NCBI GenBank assembly: GCA_002633005.1
Contig: NMRA01000133.1
Span: forward strand, 816,307 to 880,306
Reading direction: 5' to 3'
Length of the DNA stretch: 64,000 nucleotides
From: Phoronis australis
Taxonomy: Eukaryota > Animalia > Phoronida
The number at the start of each line of letters is the position of its first letter. The first letter of the stretch is position 1. Position numbers and translations under genes: made by a program. Shown here piece after piece: positions 38,061 through 51,488 of this stretch. The notes below the pieces were generated by a model. That model worked only from the letters and a program-made list of their open reading frames with translations, was not told the origin of the DNA and ran no database searches.

Positions 38061-38741
38061 CTTATTTTTTAGTGACGTAATTTAGGCAGGATAATTTAAT
38101 ACAAAGTGTGATTTTTCGTCACTTTAACATCACAGTTTTCTTTTGCAGGAAGCTGTCACTTGATGTGAGCTGACAGTTTTCAGTCAATTTTGTTTGGTGA
38201 TATTTAAAAGACCTTTTGTGAAAACTGTTACAAGCTGTTATTTTTTAGTGATCCAATTCAAGCAGGATATTTCAATACAAAGAGTGATCTCTTGTCTTCT
38301 GGTAGAACCGTGTTATTGTAGTTCTTCTGCTTACCGTAAATGAGGTGAGGACTCCTCACTTGTTATGGTAATGTAAATAGGCTGCTGTGAAGGCTGTGCT
38401 AACCCTACTTATTGTTAATCATGTGATGAAGAAAACTTAATTTCCCGTTTGTTCCAACAACGGATATTACAAATGGGGATTTCGTGGTAAACAATGCATT
38501 GACTTTCTTTTTTGCAGTCTTTGGGAATTAATCACCAGTGACAGCTGCAATAGCCATGTTCTCACTACAGTAGACAAACATGTGGCTGTCCCATGTTTGA
38601 AATGGTTCAATGCTCCGATGTTAAGAAATTTATAGAAATGTTAGAAAACCCTGATTTTTTCTACTTTTCATGATGATTAATGGAGATTGTCTGAGTTGCA
38701 TTATTTTTGTTGTTAGTGGCATGCTGAGCAATTGAAAATAG

Positions 38742-38910
38742 CGTATACACTATAGTGTGTACGCTATAGTGTGTACGCTGTAGTGTGTACGCTGTAGTGT
38801 GTACGCTGTAGTGTGTACGCTGTAGTGTGAACGCTGTAGTGTGTACGCTGTAGTGTGTACGCTGTAGTGTGTACGCTATAGTTCGTACGCTATAGTGTGT
38901 ACGCTGTAGT
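38742..38910. repeat. 14-bp minisatellite (tagtgtgtacgctg), about 12 copies
   Basis: Directly visible. Confidence 0.95.
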
Positions 38911-40557
38911 TGTTTTTTTTTGTGAATTCAATGGAAAGGACAAGTAGGATGCAAGAACATGACGCGTAATTCACTGGTAATTCGCTTGCGTCCCTTTGTG
39001 TTGATTTCTGGCCCAAAATGTTTTGTAAGCTGTGTCTACTCATCGTGGTCCGGGGTGTTTGGAAGTGTAATAAGACACTGGCATCTAAAAGTAATGTGTT
39101 CTTATTGTGTGATGCGAGAATATAAAAAGCACTAGAATCTCTATGGAGAAAACAAAATAGAGTGACCTGTCATGAATCATTTATGACTTAATGTACCATT
39201 GGCACTTTAAAAATAAGCTTCCCTGTAAGAAGAGAATCTGGCATTAGATACGTTCGTTTCTTTCTATATGGAGAGACTCAATAACAAGAGTAGATCACTT
39301 GAGGAGTGTTCTTGAGCTGTTGCCATGTGTCATAAGGTGGACAAACATATGACTTAACTTTTCATTTGAAGTGTTGTAAAATTAAAATTTCAATTAAAGT
39401 CATATTGTATTAGGAGCATCAGCTGCACCTAACTAAATAATGTAAAAGCCCACGTGCCATGATTGCCTTTTGACAGCTGTGCGTATTTCCTATGTAATGT
39501 TAATTGCCATGGCAACAACACAAACAAAATCTGTTGAAATTGATTTATGATGCCGTACTTTCTTACCTTTGATTGACGTTCTAGTTTATAGTGAATTGCT
39601 TTTTTAAATTGATGGCTTTTTTGTGTGTAATTTCTAATATACGTGCATTAAGGAATTGGAAATTTGATAGTAACATGGCTAAAAAGTAAAATTAGTTTTT
39701 CGTCACGTCGCGCGACCTGCCATTATGTACTCGATTACAGCCTGTTATGAAATCTAATTTTTTCAATTCTATAAATGAAATAACTTTTTTAAAACAAAGC
39801 AACTAAGTGGGACAAAGTACGCTAAACAAAAATATTGGGATGAACTAATTGTTAGAACTGCTTTTCACATTGTTTAGATGGCTGAAAATGAAACCCGCTT
39901 TTATTCTCATGAAAAATAGTCTTATCGTTACTAAATTAAGTCACAGGCAATATGAACATGGTCACTTTCGAATTCACAATTTTAGAGTTGGCCAACCCTA
40001 ATAAAGTCTGAAGTGTTTTCTTGGGTTGTTGATGTTTTGATGTTCTTGATGGTAATGGAAGTAGAATCCTCTCACTGGAGCGGATATTATGAGACTGATT
40101 TTATGAGTGTAATTGTAAAGGCCTAATTTTATTTTAAATTTGTTTTTAGTCATCTAAACAGGGTTCCACACAGCATTAATTACATGTACATGTACACCAA
40201 ATGACCAAATTCTCATTAATCTATGCCGGACACCCTTTATTGATATCTTCTTAAATGAAGATTGTGGTATTTGTATTTCAGTATCTAACATGTTTTTTGA
40301 TGAAAAAACTACTAAGTGGTTGGTTTTGTTGATAAATCTTTTTTGCAGGACTTTTTGCTTCATCATGTCTTATCAACTCTGTGCATTGTTTGGTGTACCT
40401 TTTAGCTGATGTAGCCTTTAACACTTGAAAAAATAGAAAAATTGTTTTTGTTCGAAGTTAAAGCAACCTTAAACTCATGCTTTCCGTCTAAAAACACTTA
40501 GCATGAAATCGGTCACTTCCTTAGTCAAATTGTAGGTGATTTCAGGGTTATATGGTA

Positions 40558-40990
40558 GTAGTCCGAAGGTGCACTTGTCCAAAGGTTCTTTAGTCGGAAG
40601 GTGCACTAGTCCAAAAATATATAAGGTTTTGGACTCTGGTCTATTTTGTATTTTTCATATTTTCCTACATGCAGTAAGGCAATACTTCAGTTTTTAGTCA
40701 GAGTAGTGCAGGCCTACCTACTGAAAACAACTGCCCACCGGTTACGAAAACGGGCCTCTTGAGTGTATGAAGTTGGACTTCAAAGCATGCCTTCAGTGGT
40801 TATGGCCCTGAAAACCAATCTGATTCAAGTGCAGCACTACACTTGCTACAGTGAGTTTCGTGGAATGCTAGCAAACGTTGCATTTTAATCCTTTAAGACT
40901 CGGTTCCACCTTATTAGTGAGTAGACCTTCGGACTAGTGCACCTTCGGACTAGTGCACCTTCGGACTATCGTGTGCCTTCGGACTAATGA
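40558..40990. mobile_element. Foldback-like MITE whose arms are built of 16-bp subrepeats
   Basis: Left arm (tagtccgaaggtgcac)n, right arm (gtgcaccttcggacta)n, in inverted orientation. Confidence 0.7.
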
Positions 40991-42023
40991 GCTTCTCTCC
41001 ATCTCAAGACCAAGCTCATTTAAGTTTAGATTGAAGAAATAATGAACTGTCAGTTCCTCCCAAGCCCAAAGGACACCTCTAAACTGCGCAACAAACATAG
41101 ACCAATATGTTAAGTGCAAGAGGCCACAGTCAGACATAAAGCTTGGATGTAATGCCACTTTAAGAATCCCCTAATCCATGTCGTGAAGGTGCCGTTTGAA
41201 AAACATTTGTCTGTGTACAATTATAGGGCCTTCACTATCGTTATATCTGAACAGGTTTCGTTTTTTCTTTCAAGTCCTAAACAAAAGGATTGTCTGGCTT
41301 GTTGAGGCGTATCGTATCGAGTGTTGAAAATGGAAGAGTTAAATATGACGTGTGGATGTGGGCCAGGAGCTGCCTTTCAAATATGGTGGAGCTATAAAGG
41401 TATAGTGCAGTCTCCACAATTTTGGTCACAGTTGGGCGTAAATTGTTTTATAAAAGATTAGTGACATCAAATATATGGTTCATCCAGTTTATGTGCTATA
41501 CTACAGCTACTACCAGACAATATTTTGTAGCCACTCATAACCTTGTTGGGAACATTTTAAAGATGAAAAGTCAATTTTCGCTATTATCTTTGTCTCAGAA
41601 ATTGGTGAGAATTTCAGTAAGTGATACCTGTAATAATACCTGTCACGGACAGGATCATTGGGGATATGCTGGTGCATTAATCCCCTCTCCAGACCATCCC
41701 CGTGACAGCAGAAGGCGCAGAACTCCAGGGTAAGTGAAGACTGTCTAACTGCAGTTCAGATGAAGGGGTGCTTGTAGTTATACTGCCAAGTTCTTTCCAT
41801 CCTGAAGGTTGTTTCCCTTCCTAATATCTAACTAAATTCTGATTGAGATCTCTTACACCTGTGCTGCTAGAACACTGTTCTCAACTTCTTCACCATGAGA
41901 TTTAAAGTTGTTTATGAGATTTAGAAAAAGTGACAGTTTGTTATTGCTTGAGATGGAGCTCCATTCCTAAACAGACCTGCTTTGTCTATGACTCAGCTAA
42001 TGGTCTCATGCAATAATGAACTT

Positions 42024-42183
42024 TCAGTTCCTCCCAAGTCCCCATCCGGTTCCTCCCAAGCCCCATTTCAATGCCTCCCAAGCACCCATTGAGTTCCTCA
42101 CTGAGAAGCCCCCTTCCAGTTCCTCCGAAGCCCCGGCAATCAGTTCCTCCCAAGCCCCCTTTCAAGTTCTCCCAAGCCCCCAT
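42024..42183. repeat. Degenerate repeat of about 21-24 bp (cagttcctcccaagcccc)
   Basis: About 7 units; one seed copy with the same upstream flank (aataatgaact) lies at 41037-41068. Confidence 0.7.
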
Positions 42184-43580
42184 TTCTAATATGAGCAGTG
42201 ACGAAGTTAGTCTTCAATTTGAGAGGATATTTGAACTTTCCGAAAAAAGCAGCATTTTCATAAATCTGATTTATGAAAAACGTGCTTTCCTTACTGCAAG
42301 GGCGTTTCTATGAGTTTATGTACCACTAAGTGACCAGCTACTTTCATATATTTCACTCCGGCCAAATGTTTTACCTGATCTACTGCATGGCTCAGAGTAT
42401 TGTTGGTCTGCTGTAATTTTAGTTTTGTTTTTTGGTTCCACAGCTAGCTGGCTTCATGAACAGTGCACATTATAATAAAACCTTTTACTGTTTACTGGAA
42501 CAAAACAAGTTTTAAACCTTGGGTGTTACCTCATTGTTGATATTCCAAATGTCACTGATTGCTTAACAATAGAATGTGTAGTGTAATTTTAACTACACAT
42601 TTATCTAACATGCATAATACATGCTGAGAGGGATGGTCAAACACATGGCTTTGTGTTTGCAAGCCAGGCATTCTAAAGTCCTTTTCAGAATGCTTACTAC
42701 AGCAGAAAATGCATTAGTAAAATAGAAGAATTTATCAGTTAGTTACCAAAAGCCCAGTGGACAATATGAATTGTAAAAGAGTTGTCACTATTGTTACTGT
42801 AGCAACATTGCACAAGATGTCACTTTTGTTGGTGATCTGACAGACGTGCCACCAAGCACTTTTGATGATGTTATTGTGATTGATGGTAGAAGATAATATT
42901 CCATGCTATGTAAACTAGAAATGGTAGGCTTTGGTAATGCTGTCCCTATAAATTTGGTTGTTGTTTACTGCGATGGAATGTGATTATGTCTTGGCACTGC
43001 ATCTCTGTGCCAGTCGCATAAGTTGCTGTGGTTCCTTATTTTAAAGCAAAACGAATTTCCTTCAGCAGTAAAGATATCACATTAACTCACCTTTGCAGGA
43101 ATTTGTAGTCTACCCTGAAAAATCTTATCATACATTGCTGTTAAGGGCTAAATTGGTTGATGTTTAATCATGGAATCATTTGGGAATTCTCAAAAATGAT
43201 TAAAACATGAGAGGTGCCCTTTATCTTCTTCCAAATCAAACACAGGTGATCACTGTTTCTCATGAATAACAATTATAAGTGTCTGTGCTGTGCACTGGTT
43301 GCCATGGGTAACTTGACTGTTGTTGCAATTAGCTAGCAAAAATTAACCATGGTAAAATCAAGTTCATACTTTAGAAATTATGTACTTTTGTCAATAAGTT
43401 ACACTCATTACAATGTAAATCAATTATTACTAAAATTTTGGAAATTAGACTTTAAAAACAACTATCTAGTTGTTTTAAGTAAACAGGAAGATTTCACCTA
43501 TTTCTGATGTAAATGCAAATCTGGGTGTCTTTGGTCTAACAACTTTTAAGTAGTTCAAAACGAAGTTAAAGGAATTGGTA

Positions 43581-44016
43581 TAATGACTGAAATGAGATTC
43601 CTCATTCTATGATTGTCTAAGCTGAATGACATGAGATTCCTCATTCTATGATTGTCCAAGTTGAATGACATGAGATTCCCCAGTTGTCCAAGCTGAATGA
43701 CATGAGATTCCTCATTCTATGATTGTCCAAGTTGAATGACATGAGATTCCTCATTCTATGATTGTCCAAGCTGAATGACAGGAGATTCCTCATTCTATGG
43801 TTGTCCAAGCTGAATGACACAAGATTCCTCATTCTATGATTGTCCAAGCTGAATGACATGAGATTCCTCATTCTATAATTGTTCAAGCTGAATGACATGA
43901 GATTCCTCATTCTATGATTGTCCAAGTTGAATGACATGAGATTCCTCATTCTATGATTGTCCAAGCTGAATGACATGAGATTCCTCATTCTATGATTGTC
44001 CAAGCTGAATGACATG
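43581..44016. repeat. 39-bp minisatellite (gaatgacatgagattcctcattctatgattgtccaagct), about 11 copies
   Basis: Directly visible; explains the repetitive ORF at 43641-44015. Confidence 0.96.
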
Positions 44017-47000
44017 GAACCTGGCTATTTAATGGTAAAAATAATTCTGTCCATCTCCTTCTGTGTGTGATGCAAGATGTTTTGCGAAAACCCACCAATG
44101 CTTATCTGGTTGTAAATTGAAGATATGGAGCCACAGTATAACCGGGTAATTAGGAATAACTAAGTTTCTTCCACGAGAGCCAGCTAGACTTCTGTGCAAG
44201 AAACGGCTAGGTTTTGAAGTTGATGAAGTGCTGTGAAATGACAATTGACGGTTACTTTAATTGAGTTTTCAAATGGTGTCTGACTGGAGGAAAAGTGAAA
44301 AAAGTATTGTTTGCTACAGTTAGTACGATGAATGCTTCCACAGTAAAAGGGTGGAAGATGGCATGCTAAAAAGTTTCTGTTCCTATTGTTATTTCTCATA
44401 AATACTAAAGCTGTCTGTTAATAGTATAGGTAGGTTCCAATGTGAGTAGACATACGTTTCAATTAACTTCCTATGTTAGATGTGTGAAGTCCATGCAAAC
44501 ATGCCTAGCCAACATTTTTCCTCATACCGTAATTCCAATGTAAAACTTGACAAAATCGCTTTAGATTGCTAGTTCTTGTCAGCATGATAGAGCCAGAAGG
44601 AAGAATTATTGAGATACTGACAGGTACGATATCACAGGGAGAGGAACATTTACATGCTATATGTATGAAACAAAACATTAGTGATAGAAATTATAAATGC
44701 AAAAATGTGCGGTGGTCACTCCGCAAACGCGTCCTAGTCTCTCAATAACTTTTTACAGTTGCAACATTTAGCAAGCTGACCTGTTGTGACATGTGACTTA
44801 TTTTGATTTAAAAATAGATCACACACTCATTCTTCATGACGTCATCCGTGACTTTTACGTTCTTGAAAAGAAAACCTGCCGTTGTCAAGTCTCAAACAAT
44901 ATTTGACACAACAAGTGATGCGCTGCAATTTGCTAATGCTTGTAATGAAGTAGTAGAGATTGCTATATGAAAATAATGAAATTGAACCATATTGCATGTT
45001 GGAGAGAGCTCAACTCAGTACAGTTTTATCCCCGGGTAGTTTAATCCCGTCGGACTGGCGCACACGTCACGAGAGTAGAAAGTTATTGAGTGATTGGGTC
45101 GTGCTTGTGGGCACTCCCTTGATAATGCCGTGGTCACCTTTGTCAGTGTGCCTTTTCTGGTCAGCTCTCCCATTGTAGCTGCACAGCACTGGTTAATATT
45201 TGAATAACTATGCCTGCGGTGGTATTTTTTAATGCTTTCCATTTTGCAATTCCATTGTGATAGACCGTCCTGAGTAACCAGAATCTACTAATTGGTTGAA
45301 ATTCCTGCCGTACCATTGAAATTCCAAAATTCTGATCAATGCATCTCTGGGATTCACAAAAGGTAGTTTCCCTAACTTTCTTGATGTAATTATTATTATT
45401 AATTGTCCATACAACATGAGCAGATATTAGAGTATTCAAATTAGTGCCCTGTGCTCAGTTTATCATATGAAGTTCTGAAAATTTCATGAAGGTCATTTTG
45501 TGTTGTGCCGTGTTAAATCTTCAAAACTGACTATGCATGGCATTTGTATTTCAGCTATCTGGGTTTGTCCCCTGTTATTCCTAAACAGCTCCTCATATTA
45601 ATCTAATACTTTGCCCCAATATACAAACCATGTATTATCAGGGAAACATCTCATTATCATAAATTTAAACACATGCCCTGCATAGCTATGGGGATGTCCT
45701 AACACAACCATTTTGCACACTTATATGTGTCATATTTCAACAATGCCAAGTCTTCAGCAACTACCAATGCTAATAAATCTAAATATTTCTCTTAATCCAG
45801 CAATGCTTGTAATGTTGTGTGCAGCTTGAATCACCTAGTGCTCATCTTCCATTCAAAGTTTCAAATGCAAATGCCACCNAAAGTGGTTTTCTACTGCTAT
45901 ATACATGTAATTTCCCTGTTTCTCATTAAAAGTGCAGTCTGTTGGGTTTGAGGTGGTCATCAGTTTCACACACAACTCTGGACTTCTTATTATTTGGTCT
46001 GGACAGCAAAGAAGTCTGATGGAGGTCAAACATTGAGGTATTCTAAAACAGCATGGCATATTGTGGACCATTTAGTCTTACATTAGATTAGAAAACTTAC
46101 AAAATTACTGCTTGTTTCTAATTTTGTTTGTTAAACCAGCCTTTCTTTCCAGACCTGCCTGGGGGCTAATTATTAGAATCATGAAATGAGTAACTCCGAT
46201 AAATAGGTCTAAAAATTTTCTTCATTCAATGGTACCATTTGGTCTCTACTTTCAAAATGAATCTGCAGATCACCAACTAATTTGAAGCTGCCCAGTCTTA
46301 TAAAGGGTGGTCATCCCTTTCATAAAACATAAATGTCCTTTTAAAGCTGCATTAAACTTATGCTTTCTGTCAAAATAAATTCTGTAATGTCAGTTACCGT
46401 TATAATTTTGGTTTTATGTTTTTTACTCAGTTTAAAAGTCATCTCTGGGTTGGAGAAGAACCAACCTAAAATATTTCAGATCACACCATAGTTATAGTTC
46501 TTTTGAAGCCATTAAATAACCTCTAATTTGTCTAAGAAACAATTTGAGATCAACTTTATACTGGTAAGTGGCCTATCTCAAAAATTGTATTTATTTTAAC
46601 CAAAAACATTGTTTAATGCATCTTTTACCTGGCAATGCCCTAAAATTTGTGCCAATTTTAGGTGGTTTATAAGTTGGAAATGTCCCTTTAAGTAAAGTGT
46701 CTGTTTCAGAATACTACTGAACATGTCAATCTGTTTAACCTTTCAGTTAACTGCCTTACAGGTCTTAAGCCTTTGTGTTCTGACTTAAGAGTTTTGGTTT
46801 ACTTTTTAAAAACAGATGTACAATTTTTTGGTTAATGTAAGTGAAAGTAGCCTAATCAACACCATAGTTGTTAACATCGTTTTGCTGCCTTGTTAGGGAA
46901 AACAACTGTAAAACTGTCTACACTATAAATAACTTGCACTTTTTATGTGTGGGTGAATTCACTGTGTTGTTCATTGGTTCTTTAAATACTGTTTCTCGGT

Positions 47001-47202
47001 CACATCTGTTGTTTTTACTGGCTCACACGAGGTAATAGGATTACAGCTAAATGGGGATTAACTTGTTTCTTACAGGACAGTAGTATTAGTCAAACTGTGG
47101 GATCATTTTTGTGATGTTGGTTGCCATGACATTTTCTGTGAAAACATGTCTACAGTACGAGCCAAAAGTAATCGGACAAAATGACCTGGAATTCCCCCTC
47201 AT

Positions 47203-47275
47203 AGAGAGAGGGAGGGACGGAGGGACGGAGGGAGGGAGGGGGGAGGCAGGGAGGGATGGAGGGAGGATGGGAGGG
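47203..47275. repeat. (GGGA)n-like purine tract
   Basis: Directly visible. Confidence 0.8.
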
Positions 47276-48387
47276 TCTCCTCAACAGCCTCTTCAATGGC
47301 AGAATGATAGAAGCTGAATTCATCATCAAAGTAATCTTCCCATATGTTTGAGAGTGAAGGGAAATTACTGGAAAGTTGTTAAAATGGCAAAGTCATTCTG
47401 TAATAGAATTTTTGCTGCCCTATTTGTGAGCAGTTTTATTTTGCTGTTAACTGAGTTAGCTGCCATGATCATTTGATTACTTTTGTCTTGTACTGGAGCT
47501 GTATTGTTTGATTACTTTTGTCTTTTACTGTATAAGAAAAGACACAGATACCATAAAACAGGCTTACTCTCTATTTTCTATAACTGAAATGAGCAAAGTA
47601 GATAGTAAATTATGTACTGGGTCAGACTTTAAGGTGCTTGGGAGTGTAGACACATTATTGAGACAACCTTTGAAAATTTTTTGCTTTCACAATATTAATA
47701 ATATAACTATTACTCAGGCTTCTAACTATAATAATCATTTTATGGTGTTTATGGTGATGACAACAGACATCACACTACAATAATCATAAGTGTTGGTGTT
47801 TTTATTATTATTATATAAAGCTTTAAAACCCATTGGTACCAATTGAAATACACCTAATTTTTTGAAATTTATGAAGTTTCCATCCATCTTTTGGATTCCT
47901 AGTTGCCATTTGTTTAGCCAGAGCTTCATGACATTTCTTTGTCATATCAGTTATGTATTTATGTAAATGCAGCGACTGTGATATTTACAAAATGATTTCA
48001 TGGATGAACACACAACCCCCTGGCAATAGACATGCTTGATGCTATTCAAATAATTAATGGTAAGTAAATGCATGATAACATCATTCTTTACTAGCATATG
48101 ATAATCCAGCAAACTATAAATATCATGAGACAGTGATATCATGAAATCTGTTTATACGTCACCATTATTTCTTTGTGTAGGAAGTTTCAAGGGGAATAGT
48201 GACATTAACTTTTGTGGCCAAATGCCATTTGACATATGTAGGCCTAGTGCGGTTTTATTATGACTACGGGAACACAACAAAAACATCAGGTAACTTCCTA
48301 CTTTATCGTTTGGTGATTAATTGTTTTGCATTGCAGATCTTATGTCTTGGCATGAATAAATGGCTGTATGTGTGATACTACGTAAAC

Positions 48388-48842
48388 ATGGAGAAGATAT
48401 TGGAAGAGCCCTCATCTACTGAACAGAACAGCCCTAGACGCAAAAGATCTTTGAAAATTAATATGCCTTGGACAACATTGACGGAGGAGGAAAGAAACTT
48501 AGGAATTTACGAGGACAATGCAGATTGTGAGGATTTGTCCGACTCAGATGATGATGATAGTTGTTATGGAGATGAAGAATACTATGTGGGTAACCACGGC
48601 AACAGTGTTCATTTTAAAGACCATTCAGACATCCATAAGGACAAACCAAAATTTCAGAAACTCGATTTGAGTAGTTTGACTGTTCCACCTCTTGATTTTG
48701 ATATGGGGGCAACTGATCTTAAGCTGCGGGACACTGACAGTTTGGATGTCATGATCTCTGGTGTTAGAGGAGGAAAGACAAGCACCCCTACAAATACAGA
48801 ATACTCGGAAATCTCAGAACTCAGGGAAATTGAATACGACGG
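48388..48842 (+). CDS. Gene 2 first coding exon, uncharacterised acidic protein
   Basis: Acceptor ttgcag at 48336, in-frame TGA at 48373 upstream of AAC-ATG-G, 152-aa ORF, GG|GTAAGT donor (phase 2). Confidence 0.75.
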
Positions 48843-50627
48843 GTAAGTCCATGCGATGTTTGAAAAATTAGGCCAATGATAAAAATTCCTCAAATTTGAA
48901 CAAAAATAATAATTGTCCTTTCCATGTTTAAAAGCATTACTAAATTTTACGATAAAATCTCATTAATTTAGGACAATGTGAAAGACAAGTGAAATTTTAT
49001 TTATTTCATATTTTCATAAAAGGTATTTATTGACAATATTGATTTTGGCCCAGGTAAGTAGTAAAAAACTCAGCATAATTTTTGTTAACATTCGGTATTT
49101 ACATAATATATACAGCATCAAATTTATGCTTTACCAAGTTCAAGTTCTGTTCTACAGCTAAAAATTGTTGGCACTCAGAACAACATTAGACCTTTAAAAA
49201 ATGAAAAAAGGGAAATTTTTGGCAATTGTTTTTGTCTGAAATTGTTAAGGTTTTACCATACTCGGAATTTCCCCCTGTGTTGGTTGTGTTGCAACGATTC
49301 AACAACTTGTCGTTGCCATTGTCGTTTAAGAAAAACATAGAATCAAAGTAGATTCCGATGCAGTAAAATTTTGTGATTTTGCCGAAATGTTCACGTTGAT
49401 GAGGCGATGGCACCTCCCACACCTCGGCATCACACAGATCTTTGTGTGGTAGCGAAAAATATCATCATCAGATGTTAACCAGAGAAATAGAACATCGGTG
49501 TTTCATTACATAAACCTTTTATGTGAGCTTTAATCCAGATGACAGTGATTTCCAAATCGAGGCTAAATCTAAATATCAATATGTTAAGCGTTGCTGCTGT
49601 CTTTTTTCTGCCATGGCGGCTTGCAGGCCAATTATCTACCTTGACGCAAATAGTTACTCAAACGGATACCGGAGAACCCAAACCTATTGCATCAAATTTG
49701 GGTATTTTTTATCAAATTTGCTCTAGTAAAAATGATTCTAACCTAACCTTTCTCGAGGAATTTAATTTAAGAAGTCAAACACTTCGAAAAATCTCCAGTT
49801 TTTTTTCAGGAAATATTAAGTTTATTTTAGCCAGTGTAATATTTCTGCTAAGCCATCGTTAATGCAGTAATTGTTCTGCTCCACACAAAAGGACCTGTCG
49901 ACAGATCAGCGGTCTTGATAAGCAAGCTTCTTGATGACAGCCGCTGTTGTAATAATTTAGTAACTATGTATAAGATATTGTGAAAGGTGGGGTGTCCAGT
50001 TTCTAATGTCATCCAGTCTCCTTGCCAATCATAGGGAACAGCCTTTTCAGTATTTAGTGATAATGTCATTACATCGAGCCTTGAATCAGAAACGGAATCC
50101 GATTCAGATTCAGAAAAATTTTCTGCTTCCCTGCACCCTTCATCAGTTAACCTTTCGCATACATTTCAGTGAGAATTTGTACATTTTTACCAGAGAGCCC
50201 CACCAGAGCAACATGTCGCCATACCAAAAGCTTTCGGCTCCAATCCTTCATGTACCCAATGCTGGTCTATTTTTAGAGTTGGTGAGGCTTCATCAAGGTT
50301 TTGTAAGACCCTAGAAAAATGACTAAATTTGGCTAAATTGGGAATATCATATCTTAGAAATGGCCGACTCAGGGTTCATATGAAAGTTTCAGGTTCTATG
50401 CCTTATACACTGTTCTCTAAAGCGCCGTTAGAAATTATTTTTAAAATGTCACAATTTTACATGATGGCGTATCAAAAATAGGACTTATTATTTTGATGAA
50501 AAAATAACGGTTGCATGAAAATGAAACAAAATAAGTTAGATCTGCGTTTTTGAGATTTCATCTTTGAAAGATGAAAAACATTTATATGAATCGAAATTGA
50601 TTTTGTTGTTTTTCTATGCAGGTACTT

Positions 50628-50695
50628 TTCATGGTCATGTGATCCAATTCATGGTCATGTGATCTGATTCATGGTCATGTGATCTGATTCGTGGT
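50628..50695. repeat. 20-bp tandem repeat (ttcatggtcatgtgatctga) x3
   Basis: Directly visible. Confidence 0.85.
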
Positions 50696-50771
50696 AGATT
50701 GTTATTAAGTCATACATAAAATTTTACAGTCTTTGTACATCAGAAAATGTATATTTTCACTGAGTTAACAT

Positions 50772-51048
50772 AAAGCTTGATACTGAGTCGCTTGCAGTGT
50801 CGAAACAATCTCCTTTCTTCTGGTGTGCAGCTATTTAGCAAAACACCGAGAGACATAACAAACAAATTAAAACACTAGCTATATTTCGAGACTGCATGTC
50901 TTATCATCAGCCAATAAGTGAAATGAACATTATATGTAGCGTAATAAACAATGAAATACACATGACAGCGAGAAGAAGTGCATACAAGCAGAGAATGTGA
51001 AAGAAACGAGATTGTTTTGACACTACGAGCGACTAAGTATCAAGCTTT
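50772..51048. mobile_element. Short element with 48-bp inverted ends and an internal hammerhead (probably Penelope-like-derived)
   Basis: 50772-50819 is the reverse complement of 51001-51048 with about 5 mismatches; flanking direct repeat tttcactgagttaa at 50755 and 51114. Confidence 0.6.
50872..50917 (-). ncRNA. Minimal type-I hammerhead ribozyme-like motif (Penelope-type)
   Basis: Minus strand reads tattgg-CTGATGA-ta-agac-atgca-gtct-c-GAAA-tatag-ctagtg: core boxes, stem II, ATAT palindrome and a G-U-rich stem I. Confidence 0.55.
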
Positions 51049-51339
51049 CAAACAAAAAGTTTAGTCGCGTTTTCAACAAAGTTTGTGTTAACAAAGGGCT
51101 GCTACCAAACTGATTTCACTGAGTTAAAGTATAAATACACATACTTGTCCATAAAGTCATACATAACATTAAGTCATAAGTAGCGGCAAACAAATCAGGT
51201 CAAAATTGTAAAACCTAAAATTTCAAGAAAACGTGACAACTGCCTTGGGTTTTTCGACAAGCATCTGTAACCACAGCTAATAATTTCTTCCGCCCTACCC
51301 CACTTTTGGGGCCACAGTGATTACAAGTATTGCGATTTA

Positions 51340-51488
51340 CCCTAGAACAGGTTACCCTACCTTGATAATCTGGACTAAGTTGTCACAAGTGGGGTAAGTT
51401 GCACTAGTTTGAATAGCGTCCTGACAGCACTCAAACCTAGCGACAACTCATTCCAGGAGTATTGTTCTAGGCTAAGTCTGTGTGTTAT
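51340..51488 (-). mobile_element. Copy of the 26653 MITE family
   Basis: taagttgtcacaagtggggtaagttgcactag and ttgttctaggctaagtctg are reverse complements of segments in 26670-26780. Confidence 0.7.

Noticed and set aside
42071-42313. Proline-rich PPKP ORF as an exon of gene 2
   Set aside because: The repeat units change frame, and gene 2 has an in-frame stop before its ATG at 48388.
43641-44015. 124-aa repetitive ORF
   Set aside because: It is the translation of a 39-bp minisatellite, with no splice or homology support.
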